Below, one piece after another: positions 1 to 17,044 of a DNA stretch of 54,870 bases. The stretch comes from Catajapyx aquilonaris (Eukaryota). Within the stretch, counting starts at the first letter, position 1, and every line of letters starts with the position of its first letter. The stretch is taken from positions 1 through 54,870 of the forward strand of contig KZ538669.1 of the NCBI GenBank assembly GCA_000934665.2, read 5' to 3'. The notes under the pieces are model-generated. The model searched no databases. It saw only the letters and a list, made by a program, of their open reading frames with translations, and was not told the DNA's origin. The position numbers and the translations under genes are program-made.

Positions 1-81
1 GGGGGAAGTCGCTTCCCGCGGACTTGAACGCCGAGACTTCGGATCATGACGCGGACGTGCTACCGACTGAGCCACGAAGAC
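1..81 (-). mobile_element. tRNA-derived SINE head (body runs off the window edge)
   Basis: Minus strand reads GTCTTCGTGGCTCAGTCGGTAGCAC...GCGTTCAAGTCCGCGGG, with a Pol III A box (TGGCTCAGTCGG) and B box (GTTCAAGTCC). Acceptor-stem pairing is poor, which favours a SINE over a tRNA. Confidence 0.65.
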
Positions 82-301
82 TGTTTATAATATCTTCTGC
101 CGAATGCGCCCCATTGTCACCGAGCAGGTTTGCCGGGCACCTATCGTCGCCCATATCTCGAAAACGCTTGGCTAATGCGACTTTTTACTTTCACCAATGA
201 ATTTCTGGCCTGCGATTTACCCCTAGTGTCATTTTCGGGCCGATTGGCCGATGGCCCTACAGACACTTCCCTTGTGAGTTGTAAGTATGCTATTGACTCA
301 C

Positions 302-3300
302 CGTTTGCCATATACACTTGTGAAATCCCTATTGTCTGGGACAGAAAACTTGGACTGCCTGTTAACAGTGAATCCTGATGAACTTGGGCGTCCAATAGTA
401 ATTTCGGTTGGATGATAGTGAAGTTTTGGTCGTATGTCTTGGTATCTCTCGTTGTAGTGCCTGTAATTCAAGATGTCATGGTTAGTGCATTTAGCAAAAT
501 AATTTGTGTGAGATTCTTTCCATCCCAGCATAAGGGCGGTATAGGGTTTAAAACCTCCATAATAGTCGCTTGATGGCAAATGTCCTGTTAATCAGGAATC
601 ATTTCAGCTGATGGTCATCCCTACAGGAGACATTTCAATTGGAACACCTGGTATACTAGATTGTCAAATGTGGTCACATTCCACTTGCTGAAATATCATG
701 TCGTTTTTATCATTGAGGTCAGGCGCCCAGAAGTTCACCCTAAGGTTGTATGAAACACACTGTATACTGTAACTTGAGGAACACTTACGTGATGTACGGG
801 TTGTCTGGAGTCAAGGGTATGGGAGCATCGATGAGTCCTGTTTGCCTGTAAGGTATCTTGTACTCTGCCCAGTTTCGGCCAAAGCCAGTATAGCCCCGTG
901 CCTTGTGTGCGAGGGTACTTAACTCCTCGTTGCCAGTTTGTACCTGCAATGGTTCAAGGTACAGGATTTTACTGTAGATTACCGCAGTTATGACTTATGT
1001 TTACTGTTTTGGCTTCGTTACAGAGATATCCGCTTGTTAAGTTGAGAAAATATTGTCATCTACTACTTTATATCCTGGCCAGATTAAACTATAATAATGA
1101 GTCCAGTACGACACTCGACACAACTAAAATATATGAAACAATGTATTTTATTTACTCGTGGAATACTAGCTGCTACTTTCTAGATTGTGCAAAGATCATC
1201 ATGTTCACATAAATTCAATTCCTCTTCAAAACAAGAGCACTAAAAATAATCACACGAGTGATTTGAAACTGCTGTGTAAACGACCGTACGTGATATGCAC
1301 TGTAACTAGTAATTGCATCGAGAAATATCATGCTCACCTGAGTGTAACACAATATAAATAATGGCGCAAGAACCTTGTAGCACAAGCGGTACTGCACCAT
1401 AAAACTCGAGCACATTTAGACAAACAAAAAAAAAGTGTCCGATTGGATTGCCATAACTGTGAATGATTCTGTGTCTAGTAGTTCACTGGAGTTGAAAACC
1501 CACTGTGATATCATGTTGTGTCAGCTAATATTCGTGTGTGGGAAATGGCGCGTTTTTAACTGCAACTCTGGCCTGGATCCGAGTGAAGTAAGGACTTGTA
1601 TTTGATTTGACTTGTACAGTGTATGTATTTGCTGTTGTAATGTGTAGCTTAGACACGTGCTACCTGCGTGCTAAACACCTACAGTCAATTTATTATGTGC
1701 ATGAGAGATATTATTATTTTATATCATTTCCCACGTAGCAGGTCTTAAATGTGTCATTACTTTAAAAATTAATTATGAACTTTACCAACACCAGCACGGC
1801 TGAATACTTAGCATTGCTTCTACGGTGCTTTTTAAAAATATGCCGGGTGGGTCATACATTCTTCTGTATAGGCCTACTTAAGCTACAAGAGATTTGACAG
1901 CATGTTTGTTGCACATTTTAAAAATTCGACAAACTCATACGGTAATTATTATGTATTTTCACAATGTGACTCGTCACATTTAGTGCAACAAGCTTTGTTA
2001 GCAGTTACTAGTATAATGAACGGTTTGTGATAACTACCTTACAACTGTACAGTAGGCCTACATGGCAGTTGGATATTGTCCATATTTTTAAAGAGGCAGC
2101 TTCCGCCCATCGCCTTATTTGAATGTCACCCACTCCGGACAACTCACAGCGATAACTGAGTGCGATATGAAGATCGGAAAGACAGCGTTGTTATATGTCA
2201 TGCCCATATAGGCCATGGCAACTCATGGGCAATTCACGAGTGTGCAGGTTTTATAGAAAATTTTTGAAGCATCGTCATGGGCGATTTGCTTATCTGAAAT
2301 TTTCTTTATTAGCATAATTATTTAGACGAAGAAATTTAAATGACACACACCTGACCTGGGAAATCTAGGTAACTTTAAATAATTGTGATTTTGAATACGC
2401 TGGCCTTAGGATACTGGCAGTTCCTCAAGGTCTCTTAGCCATTGCACTCAATGCATGAACAATATATATACAATGACACTTTCTATTCACCTGTCTACTA
2501 CTTGACATGTAGCGGCAACCAATGTCGATCCAATCAGTGGTGCCAGGCTATTGTAATTTCTAGACCAAATATTTCCCCAAATATCTCATAATTTCTCAGT
2601 TGCACGTCACTGAATAAATGGAATCTATCATTGCGATGGATTGATAGTAGTGTCTATTTTTATTAACATCACTAAGCATGGATATAGAAGAATGGAAAGA
2701 CCTACGAAAATGCTAGGATTGTTAAAATATGGAATGACGTCACCGTGGTTGTCAATTTAGAAGGATATCCAGTAAAACCTCGATATAAACGCTTATAACG
2801 CTACTTTTGGGCGGTCCCTTGAAGAGCGTTATATCGAGGTGTTACTGTAGGGCGTAGGCTACTGTAAATGACTGCATCACTCATTTCCCATATTATTACC
2901 ATCCACGTCTGGTAGTCCTCCTTGGTGACGCTAGGCTCCTCCATGATCCTACTCTGCTTCGTACCGGTGTACGACATCCTCATTACGTGGGGTTGGTGAG
3001 TGATCGGCTCGTCCATACTGATCCACTTGGTGAACCCACTCTTCAAACCTCGAAGAGACTCCTGTGGCTGTCCACTGCCAAAATATATGACATTAGTTGC
3101 AGTAATTCGTAACATGTCCAAGTCTACATTACACTTACCCCTGGATGAGTTCAGTTGGCATGTATCTTATCTTCGTCAATGGCTCATTACGGTGCCAGTA
3201 AGGCGACTCGTATTGGGGATACACCGGGCCAAAACCTGCCCTGTATTGCCTCAGCCCCTCTTTGTCCTATGAAAGGTGTTCAGTTATTTATATTACGTAC

Positions 3301-5055
3301 TGTACACCATGCAGCACAAATATGCATAGTTCCACATGACACCATAATTATATTCCCCGAAAGTTTTTCCTGTTCTCTCCACCAAAAAGTACAAGCTAAA
3401 CTATAAATTTAGATCAGAGATGAGACCTTTCCATATCAGGAGTTAGTTTTATTCATACCTGAATTGGACTAACGGAATGGCGAGCCCTTTCCCTTCCGAA
3501 GCCTGAGATATCATTGAACGCAGACTCTGGGATGGTCTCGTCCCCCCTATGATATCTGGATGGCATGAGAAAATGGAGTACATATTAATAAGTTGGTCAA
3601 CATCACGACTGACATTTTGTGATGAGGAGTCACAAAAATGGTGCAGATAACATACGTGAAAGGTATGTAGTGGGCATGGGTGATGCTGGTGTATTGTGGT
3701 GCCTTTATCAGCGCTGTCAGGTAGGAAGGATTGTCACGCAAGTCCATGTGCATATTGTAGGACTTCATGCCGCGCAAATTACTGACATAGGCGGAGGCTG
3801 TCGGGAAGGAATAGCCATTTAAACATTGTGCCCAATGTTAGTACCAATAATTCGGTACACAAACAGGTTGAAAATATGATTCCCATAAATCATTAGCGTA
3901 TTAGTGAATGGCGATAACGCATCACATTATGAAGACTACATAATTATGAGAAGCGTACAATCTTGATGAGGTGCTTCCCTGTCAGTTCGTCGCACTTCCT
4001 GAGAAACATTTAAAAAAATATGTGTCTGAAAGTGCGACCTACACATTACTGAAAGATTCAATTGACTGGGCATGTCTCAGAAGGAGCTTGTTGAATGCAA
4101 ATAATGTAGACAGAAAATCCTACGGGAAACGGGACAGTATAACCAGTTGCACAATGACAAACCCATGTTAGTAACTAGATGGGAAACAGGTAAATTGGTG
4201 TTGCGTCAGTTGCATATAACATGTTGCATCAGTTAAGTACGACATGTTGCGTAAGGTACGAATATTGCCAAGCACTGTCAGATTGCAACAATAATGCACG
4301 AAGAAATTATAGTGATAGGCTATGGGCACTACAGTCACACGGTACCTTGGTATACACTGCTTTCAAATGAGACAAAACACTGAGGATAAATAAATAAATT
4401 GATTGATTGATTGATTGGTTGTTTCAAATGAGACATACTGTTTACTAATATAAATTGCGGCAAAAGTGTGGACACATAGGTAATTATTGTATTGTTGATT
4501 GATTTGCAACCTGGCAACCAGCAATACAATCACCCTCTAATAAATGTCTGGTGGGCCAATATTATATACAGTGGTCCAACATTTTTCGGGTCACGGCCCC
4601 CTTTTATGATAGTCAAGTAACCTGCGACCCCCCCCCCTCCCCTCCCCCGAGTGTTAGCAGGTGTTGAAAAAAAAACCTTCGCGATGAAATTCCCCATACA
4701 AATTTTTGATTATAAAAAAACCATTTTAGTAATTTTTTAACTTATAAAAATTACCGCGGCCACGCGCGACCCCCCGGAACACTGTGATATAGAGTTGCTG
4801 ACTAATACTGGAAAGTAGAAGTGTTGTGTATGCAGTATATTGTACACTACAGCTGAAGAGTAACATACCGGCATGTTGGGGGGCTTCCCTGAAGAGTTCG
4901 TCCGTGAAATACATCGTGAAACCGAAGAAGTTGCCGGAGCGGGCCTCAAGACCGACTTGTCCCTACCTCTACTCCGGCAAAACAATCGTATTTTTCCAAA
5001 CTATGACAACAGCATAATCAACGTCTCTCCCTCTGATATTGTCGACAGTAGCCAT
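302..5055 (-). CDS. PPP1R32: PPP1R32/SAXO4 (IIIG9)-like axonemal microtubule-associated protein, 3'-incomplete. Exons (minus): 5055-5023 (tentative), 4962-4869, 3797-3656, 3546-3459, 3266-3139, 3074-2900, 943-789, 460-302
   Basis: Seven exons join through GT-AG introns with consistent phases into one open frame: ...SAYVSNLRGMKSYNMHMDLRDNP...YTSITHAHYIPFTGDETIPESAFNDISGFGRER...SGFTKWISMDEPITHQP...SVTKEDYQTWMVQTGNEELSTLAHKARGYTGFGRN...TIGRPSSSGFTVNRQ...DFTSVYGKR. These blocks are collinear with recalled human PPP1R32 blocks (GYKSN..LDNP, SSGYGREK, SGFTKQSHQSPIVFQP, SVTKSDF..GDEFLPVLA..TAFSRG, TVGKKEPTGFSLNN). The first exon and start codon are uncertain; ATG at 4914 is an alternative. Confidence 0.8.
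2770..2847. mobile_element. Minimal Tigger/pogo-like MITE
   Basis: TIRs CAGTAAAACCTCGATATAA and TTATATCGAGGTGTTACTG, followed by TA; 78 bp. Confidence 0.7.
4569..4784. mobile_element. hAT (Charlie/Buster-like) MITE, degraded
   Basis: Ends CAGTGGTCCAAC and GGAACACTG, with subterminal GCGACCCC motifs shared with the element at 52546-52803. The TSD is not clean. Confidence 0.55.
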
Positions 5056-5058
5056 TAG

Positions 5059-5145
5059 GTTGCTAGCTAATGTGACTTAGGACTTGTAGCTCGCGGTAGC
5101 ACCAGAAGTGTGGACGGAAGTTACATATACTGTATAACCAATCAC
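5059..5145. promoter_or_regulatory. Putative promoter of the PPP1R32-like gene: X-box-like motif, ETS motif, CCAAT box
   Basis: GTTGCTAGCTAAT (5059-5071) lies next to the ATG at 5055; CGGAAGT near 5115; AACCAATCA near 5137-5145. Motif matches only. Confidence 0.35.
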
Positions 5146-5410
5146 GAAAGGAGTTTGTAGTTATATACATCAACAGGATGAACATTTTACTGATGCTACG
5201 TCTATCTTTTGTTGGATCTATCCATACGATACACTACCAATGATATGAATTAAATTACAGTTAATTAGACCAAATAATCAGTGACAAAAATGTTAACCAA
5301 CTTATGCAAGACAGTAAGTTATAGGCCTATCGCCTTATACCTCATTCTGTCCAGCCATTTTCCAGCCGGAAAAATTTCCTGGAGGAGATGCAACCGGTTT
5401 ATTCCTTTAA

Positions 5411-5962
5411 CCCCTTGAGGCCTACGTGCATCATAATACAGTAATTATGATGTCACGAGCTTTTTTGAATTTGGCGCGCTAGGATGTGCATAGAGAATTG
5501 GAACTCTGCGGTTCTATATGCTCCTGCCATCTCTTGGATGGTGCCTCAACTACCATAGCAGTCCCAGAATCCCCCTGCTTCCGCCAAGGTCGTGTTGCTC
5601 CCGAGCTATCGTTTATAAATGTAAACATGCGCCCTCAGTGCAGGGTGTCCCGTAAAGCCTGGACCCTTGGGAGTTGCTCGTAGTACAATGTTGTGGTAAT
5701 ATTATGTAAGTTAACCATAATAACAATGTATAGTGACTGAGTAAACTTGTTAGGCCTATCGACATCCTGAGAGCCATATGATTCTTTAAAAAATTATTTT
5801 CTTACGACATTATTTTTACATTCAAAAGGACCACCACGAATTAAAATGATTAATTTTGGCGCGAAGTTGTGATTCATTAATATCACTCCTACATCGAATT
5901 TTGGACATAAAATAAAATAAAAACCGGCCCAAAAACCGCCCAAAAACTCCGCCGTCAAAGGG
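5411..5962. mobile_element. piggyBac-type non-autonomous element
   Basis: TTAA flanks on both sides; termini CCCCTTGAGG and CGTCAAAGGG. Confidence 0.65.
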
Positions 5963-8393
5963 TTAAAAAAGAAGAAATAATCCGAGAGTGCATACCACGA
6001 TCATAATTAAATTATCTCTCATCGCATTATTAATATTTGGAAGCGAGTATGGACTTGTTTTTGCTTCTGCACTTTGACAGCAATTATTCGTGAAAATTAG
6101 AGCAACATTGCTAATGACTCGTCTACATACAGACAAGCACAGCCTGTGTCTTCCCATTGTCTATATGTAAATATCCTGAGTGTCGTGAATCGTCGAAGGT
6201 CACAAGACAAGAAAAGGTTGGCTGCAGTGTTGTGGGATGGTAACTGGAGGTCGTTGGCCATGCAGAATAAGAATATCCCATTTATAACAGAGTGTAGGGG
6301 GATGCATCCACCATGAGACTTCAAACTAGGTTAATTTCAGGGTAGAAGTGAAAGTTGCAATTCGCGTGACTCTTAGCATGGGAATCACAGGAGGTGAAAG
6401 GGGGTCCACAATTCCATGATTTATTTTTTTTGCAGATACTTCTTTTAGCACAAGCACTTGTATTTGGGCCTAACTCCAACATGCAACATGATTTTACCAA
6501 ATGACATTATATTGATGTGTTGCTAGCTGATGTGTTTGAAAGAATTTGTTGTTTGGTCATTCCCTATACTTTTTGATTCATACAAGGAGAGGAAGAGCAG
6601 TAGTCAGGCAGGTTCCTGGGGGTGCAATGACTCCATGTCCTTTTCGAAGGTCAGCTCTTTTAAAAAAAAGTCTACTATCTTTTCCAACCCCTCGTTCTGC
6701 ATCGAGGCTCGCTGATATTTTCATGTATGTTTCAGGCCAATATGTCAAAAGTAACAACAGTTGTTTAAAAATGACTGGTAAGTACAGGCTCATATTTTCC
6801 CCCCGACTTGAAGGCGTGCATATTAAGTGTCCTTCAAAAAAGGAGGCTCGTTGCGTCATACAAGCAAATTAAAAAAAAAGGGGAAATAGAAAGGGAAAGT
6901 GAACATATACATTGCGAAATACGCACAAATCAGGAAGACTCAACACTACGTAATTGTTTAATCAAGGTGAACTATACTGGTTGAGTGAACTCTTCCTAAA
7001 TATTCATGCCTGAAATATTGCCAAAATCAAGGTTTTTTCCTGAATTTGTTATGTTCAGTGTTTCCTTTCAGTCATATTACAATAGATGGCAACTATGCCT
7101 TGTTAGCAGGATTTAGTGTGAAATGATCGTTCTTTCTCTATACCTGAAATGGCAATAACTTCGCATGAACACGCTATACAATATACGCGATATTTGTACT
7201 TCTCAAATTGAACTACCGGCTTCTAGTTTTTTTTGGTTTCTTTTTCAGCTACTGCACTCCATTTTTTCCGCCATTACACAAGAGGGAAAGGATTCGAGCC
7301 GTATCCAAGGTTACATTTTCCCGTCGGGCTAGCTTTCAGAACCGGTTGCTGCGCTTGTAATAATAGACTGAGAGAGACAGAGAAAAAAAAAACACATGCT
7401 AGGCCTACATTACATATATATTGAATGAAACTAGTGAACCGAATGTTCCCCCCCCCCCNCCCCCTCCAAATAATACGTTACAATTATTTGCACCAACAAT
7501 TAGGCAGCAACATTGGTACCGGTTTGTGCAATTGTGCATAAGCAGTGTTCCGATACATGATACGAAAAGAACATCGGTGTGGTATTGCAGAAATTCGTCA
7601 TGGTAACAAAGGCCAACAGACGCTATTGACGTGCTGTAAATGTATGGTCATAAAGACTGTGAGTTCGTAAATTGCGAATTGGGGAGGGTGTACCAGTACG
7701 CCAAGGACGTGAGATGCACTTTGTGTATACGACGTGACATTAGTAGATATTTGATTACGTATCATAGACCGATAAACAGGGTATGGTGACATTGCTAGTT
7801 TATTTCGTAATATTCGTTGCAATATGCATGACAAAGATGGGTATTGGCAGGATGTTGACCAAGATTAGCCTATTTCACCTCGGGTAGCGATTTTCTCAAA
7901 TTTCCTTCAACAATGCAAGTGTTCGTGTGCATGAAATAATAATTAGGGCCTACTAAGAAATAGACGTCTAGCCAGACCAGATAGCCATAGTTGCTTTGGC
8001 GTTTTCTCAATAAAACCAAAACCAAACCGGCTTGAGAGCTACAACCCGATGAGCATTGGCAACCGATTTCAATGTTAATGACATTGCAATAGCCAATAGG
8101 GAAGGCAATGTGCAAACTGCACATATCAACTTCCTGGACGAAAGATGGCATCCGAGTCGGTCACTCAGTATAAGCCAAGCCACAAGTCGTTGAAATTCCA
8201 AGGTGAATGTGAGATAGTGCAACCAACCAATCAGAAGCAGTGATCAGACTCGCTGGTTGTTTTTTTTTGTATGTCGGCGCCACTTTACACATTCTGGAGT
8301 GTGTTCCACTGCCTGTGTAGGGGGTCACTTGTGTCCTAGACTCGAAGTCGGTCGGTCTTTATTCGCTGCGCTCTTACTATACACCTGATCGCA

Positions 8394-13002
<4,609 letters not shown>

Positions 13003-14003
13003 AAAACTTTCAAACCATTGCTAACGCTTGATCAGGTCACTAATTAAGTCACTGTTAGATCTCTTGGGGGGTGTTGTAGAGCAGTAGGTCTTAGAATATG
13101 GGAGTTTGAATACATGACTGATATCTTAAATCGGTGGAGGTGTTTCTTGTTTTTGTTGTAGGCTTCGTATAGCCTACATTGGTGACTTCGCAACTGAGTT
13201 GCAGGTATTCATCTCCACGCTTATCTTTCTGTAGGATGCTAGATTAGTGCTGACAGCAAGGCCACCTGAATGCCAGTGATGTTGCTTAGCAGGGTTTGCA
13301 CCAGTAGCATAACCAAAACTGTTTGATGTTTTGAAAAGTTTTTGACTCATTTTGCATGATTGGAGTGAAAATATGTCTAAATTTTCAATAATAAATGCGA
13401 TTATCTCCGTAATAGAGACGAAATTGTCCAAACCAGCTAGAAAAAGTTTGAATTCGAAATTGGAAGAGAATCTAGGTCTGAGAGGACATTATTCGCGCAC
13501 CTTTTCCACCACCCTGTAGATGCATAATTATCAGATAATTATTATGTAAATGCAAGCAATATCTTGTGATTCAGGTGGTAAGTAGAGCTTCTTACTAATA
13601 AGCATGGTAGCAAGTAAGTGTATGAGGAGTTGCATGATGAGATATCTGATATTAATTTTTAACAACCAGTGAGAGTCAAAATGCAAAAAATAATCCAAAA
13701 CATAATCCACTAATTTGCATAGCTGTTTATTAGTAGACATTATGTCAGCATACAATTTCCTATTTCAAAAAATGCAATATGATTCATTAATATATTATGA
13801 TGTTACATAACTTACACAGAGGTGTTAGGTCTAAACACCTGCTAACATCTAAAATATGTCACTATGACTGTTTCTATATGTTTGGAAGCCTAAAAATACT
13901 CTGCACTAAGTGTACTGGCCAGATATCTCATTTTGTAACAAATCTCCTGAGAGGAGAATGACTCGACAAAATTACTAACCTCATTTTATTTTTTTTATTT
14001 CAG

Positions 14004-14444
14004 AAGTAAATCTACACTGATCACCACAAGAATTTTGACTCAAGATTTTATTTTAGCGCTATATGAGGTAATACGCAAATATATATATACCAGCACAATA
14101 ATCAATCACAGGATATATGCTATGATTTCACATGGTGAGGGAAAGTATTCTGGGACATACTCTTTCATATTTAATTTTTTTATAGCTTAGAGCGGGTTGC
14201 ATAATATGCGTCGCAAATATCCAGCCTAAGTGTATATTATCCACTTTATGATTACTGACACTATGATGATGTGAGGTTTATCACAACATGGAAGTTTACT
14301 GAAGTATGGTGCTAAAGAGTACAGTATAATTTGTAGCAATGGTGAATGACAATCACTTATTTTAAATCATACATAAGAGTAATGTAATTCTTTCAAAGCA
14401 TGACACGTTTCAATACTTAGTGGTGTATTACTGTTTGGAATAAA
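14004..14444 (+). other. Candidate alternative terminal exon of catalase (codes K* then 3' UTR)
   Basis: Branch point TACTAAC 13973-13979, T-rich tract, CAG 14001-14003, then AAG TAA. AATAAA at 14439-14444. An in-frame donor TCT|GTTAGT lies at 12981/12982. Confidence 0.6.
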
Positions 14445-14821
14445 TCGTGGCTTGACAGGTGATTTACGAGCAGAAAATGTTGCGTTTACTTGGCACTTCC
14501 AGTACGTCTCAATTTCAGGATTACCAAGAAATTGTTTTCCAGCCAAACACGACTAGACAAGAGTTAAGCGCGTTATTTTAATCTCACCATTCACCCCCAA
14601 AATAATGGGATAATTTTACCATAACTTGCTTGATGAACAAGTATTGTATCATACCATACCATTCCAAATATTTTTAGACGACAGCCTTAATTGCTTGATG
14701 GATCTGGATTCATTCCAAGATATTAGGGTCGGGGTAAAATGTTATGGACTGCCCCCTGTTTTCCCTCGACTATAATGAATCAGAAATACAGTGGAACTTC
14801 AACAACTCGAACCTCCTCGAA

Positions 14822-15108
14822 GGGCGACACGGTGGCGTAGTGGTTAGCGCCATAGCCTTCCACCTCTGAGGTCCCGAGTTCGATCCCCATATCGGACAGG
14901 ATACTTATGTGGTTAGAGTTTCAATGGGTTCTCTCCGTGTTCGCGTGAATTTTCTAGGGGTTCTCCCGTTTCCTTCCACAATCTAAATCCATCACAGCGT
15001 AGGTAATGATTAAAGACTGTTCTCGAAAAGATAATCCCCTAAGTGGCCCAAGGAGGCCTATCAAGGGTTATCCAATATTACGATCGTTACGATATTACGA
15101 TCGTATAT
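14822..15108 (+). mobile_element. tRNA-derived SINE with V-domain-like core (copy 1), inserted in a Tigger-like remnant
   Basis: A box GGTGGCGTAGTGG, B box GAGTTCGATCC, core GAGTTTCAATGGGTTCTCTCCGTGTTCGCGTG...CCCGTTTCCTTCCACA, and a repetitive tail. Flanked by a 15-bp degenerate direct repeat (14806-14820 / 15109-15123). A homologous copy is at 54469. Confidence 0.85.
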
Positions 15109-15376
15109 CTTGAACCTCCTCAAGTCGAAGAGAATTATTACGGCGTTGCGTTGGTTGGCCACGATGAAAAGTAGTAAGAAATCAGTAAGCGAGAATGGAA
15201 AGCGAATAATATGCATGGCAAATGGCTTTAATAGTTTACTCATTAGCTAAACAAACAGCAGTTGTTCCGGATAGAAAACCTATAACACTTATCGTAACAG
15301 GTAAGAGTTGTGTTGGTGATGAAATGTTTAGAACTGTGACCGGCCACGGTAGATTTTGTATTTAATAAAGAAATAC

Positions 15377-17044
15377 GGGTCATTCCAGCTCACCTGGGTC
15401 AAAGTGTTGCTCCACCATCTCCGATTTGGCTGAAAATAATCATGGTGGTACACACCTAAGGCCTAATGCGAAATATCAAATTTCAGCCCTATTGCGCAAC
15501 ACTGGGTGGAGGGGGGCGCTCTCAAAATTTGGGCCGGCCGCGCCGTTGTTCTTTGCCGGAGGGTAATGGGACATACCGGTATATGATTTCGTTGGCCATG
15601 AAACGATGATTCCAGTGATATACTATACTGTGTCGGGCACGTATGGTATCTACAAAGGTCTCGAAATTGACCAAAAACCCAAAGTTTCCTTTTTTTTAAT
15701 GTGTAGAAATATGCGTGACTCAAGTTTCAAACTTGACACATTGAAACGTGTGTGGGTCTATATTCATGTCACCAAATATGAAATATGTGGCGCCATTACA
15801 TCGCTAATTTTCTGAGGTCCAAATTCTTGGAGATTACACTGACGCAAACGAGGCGAATTTTTTCTACTTGCATGCATTGGCGAGGGAAACCACTTCCATA
15901 GTTACATGAGTCTTCCTCTTTCTTTTGATATATAAGGTAGGTGTATGATACCAGTAGTGGACGGTGTCCCAAAGGTGGACGGCGCGCGGCGGAGACTTTG
16001 AACCTAAATAACAAGAGAACACGGCAATATTGAGTGGAAATGAGACATGTGACATCTGGCATCATTTCACATCACCACATGTTTACCATTCATGGCCTAC
16101 TAGTGAATGAGAAGTGCGTGAACACGTCAGCTCTGAATTCTGTCTTGAAATGGCGCTTTTCTTAGCGGATTCGCTAAGAGACACGTATAAAGTAAAACAT
16201 TGCAAATAAATAAGGGGACGTGTTACTTCGGGCTTTTTGAGTGGAGAAGCATATAAATGCTTCAAAATTTCCAAATATGATGTCCTTTTCAGTCAATCTT
16301 ATGTAAAGAAAGTTTTAGCTGGGGCGTCCACTACTGGACCTAAAAACGTTGATGTTCCAATTCTGGACACTGGGCCATAGTCGACACTCGAGACCGGCCG
16401 AGACTGGGAAACTAAAAAAACAAGGTAGCGCGGCAATCTGGCAGCGGCAATCTGTCAACGTCACATCTCTTTTTTAAACTCCTACCGTTACTCTATTAAG
16501 TTATACTAACCAGGCATGGTGTAAAACTTACGCTTCCCTGATGATATTGACACAACCGCAGTAAATACGGTCCACGGAGGCTGTCCATCACAACTGGGAC
16601 ATGGGTGGCGTCCACATCTGGAACAGTCATCATTTTGGCTGTTCACAACTGGAGCATTTGCACACTTGCATATAAAACTATTTTACGCAGAATTAACCTG
16701 TTTAATGTGGCACGAATATGCACTGGATGAAAGAGCAAGTATCGACAATTCGAACGATATTTTTTTCGATTATTTCTTAAACTAATTCTCATGGAAAGAG
16801 TGTCCGACGTGATTTTTTTTTCCTGTCCGCCTCTGGGACACTTACCTTATATTTGATGGGTTTGACCACTTGCACAGACCGATATAATTCTCCAAAAAAG
16901 GGCTGATTTCCCGGCTGGCCCAAATTTTGGGAGCGCCCCCCTCCCCCCTGTGTTGCGCAATAGGGCTTTTTGATATTTCGTATTAGGCCTTAGGTGTCCG
17001 AGATGGTCGAGCAACACTTTGACTCAGTTGAGATGGAATACAGC
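15377..17044. mobile_element. Non-autonomous DNA transposon with long (about 130-160 bp) imperfect TIRs; hosts a nested element
   Basis: The left arm GGGTCATTCCAGCTCACCTGGGTCAAAGTGTTGCTC...GCCCTATTGCGCAACAC...AAAATTTGGGCC is the reverse complement of 16911-17040. Superfamily uncertain (Sola-like GGG terminus or Tc1-like). Confidence 0.8.
15935..16847. mobile_element. TA-flanked non-autonomous DNA transposon (pogo/Tc1-like), nested; same family as 49314-50709
   Basis: TA|AGGTAGGTGT ... ACACTTACCT|TA. Several internal blocks are shared with 49314-50709, e.g. CTTCCCTGATG.TATTGACACAAC, CTGGAACAGTCATCATTTTGG and GAATATGCACTGG.TGAAAGAGCA. Confidence 0.8.

Noticed and set aside
1..81. tRNA gene on the minus strand
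   Set aside because: A and B boxes are present but the acceptor stem pairs poorly; it fits a SINE head better.
6340..6790. Plus-strand splice-like signals (acceptors near 6340, 6434 and 6736; donor GTAAGT at 6778) and protein-like minus-strand stretches
   Set aside because: No stop-free exon chain or recognisable homology could be built. It may be a non-coding transcript or decayed TE but is unsupported.
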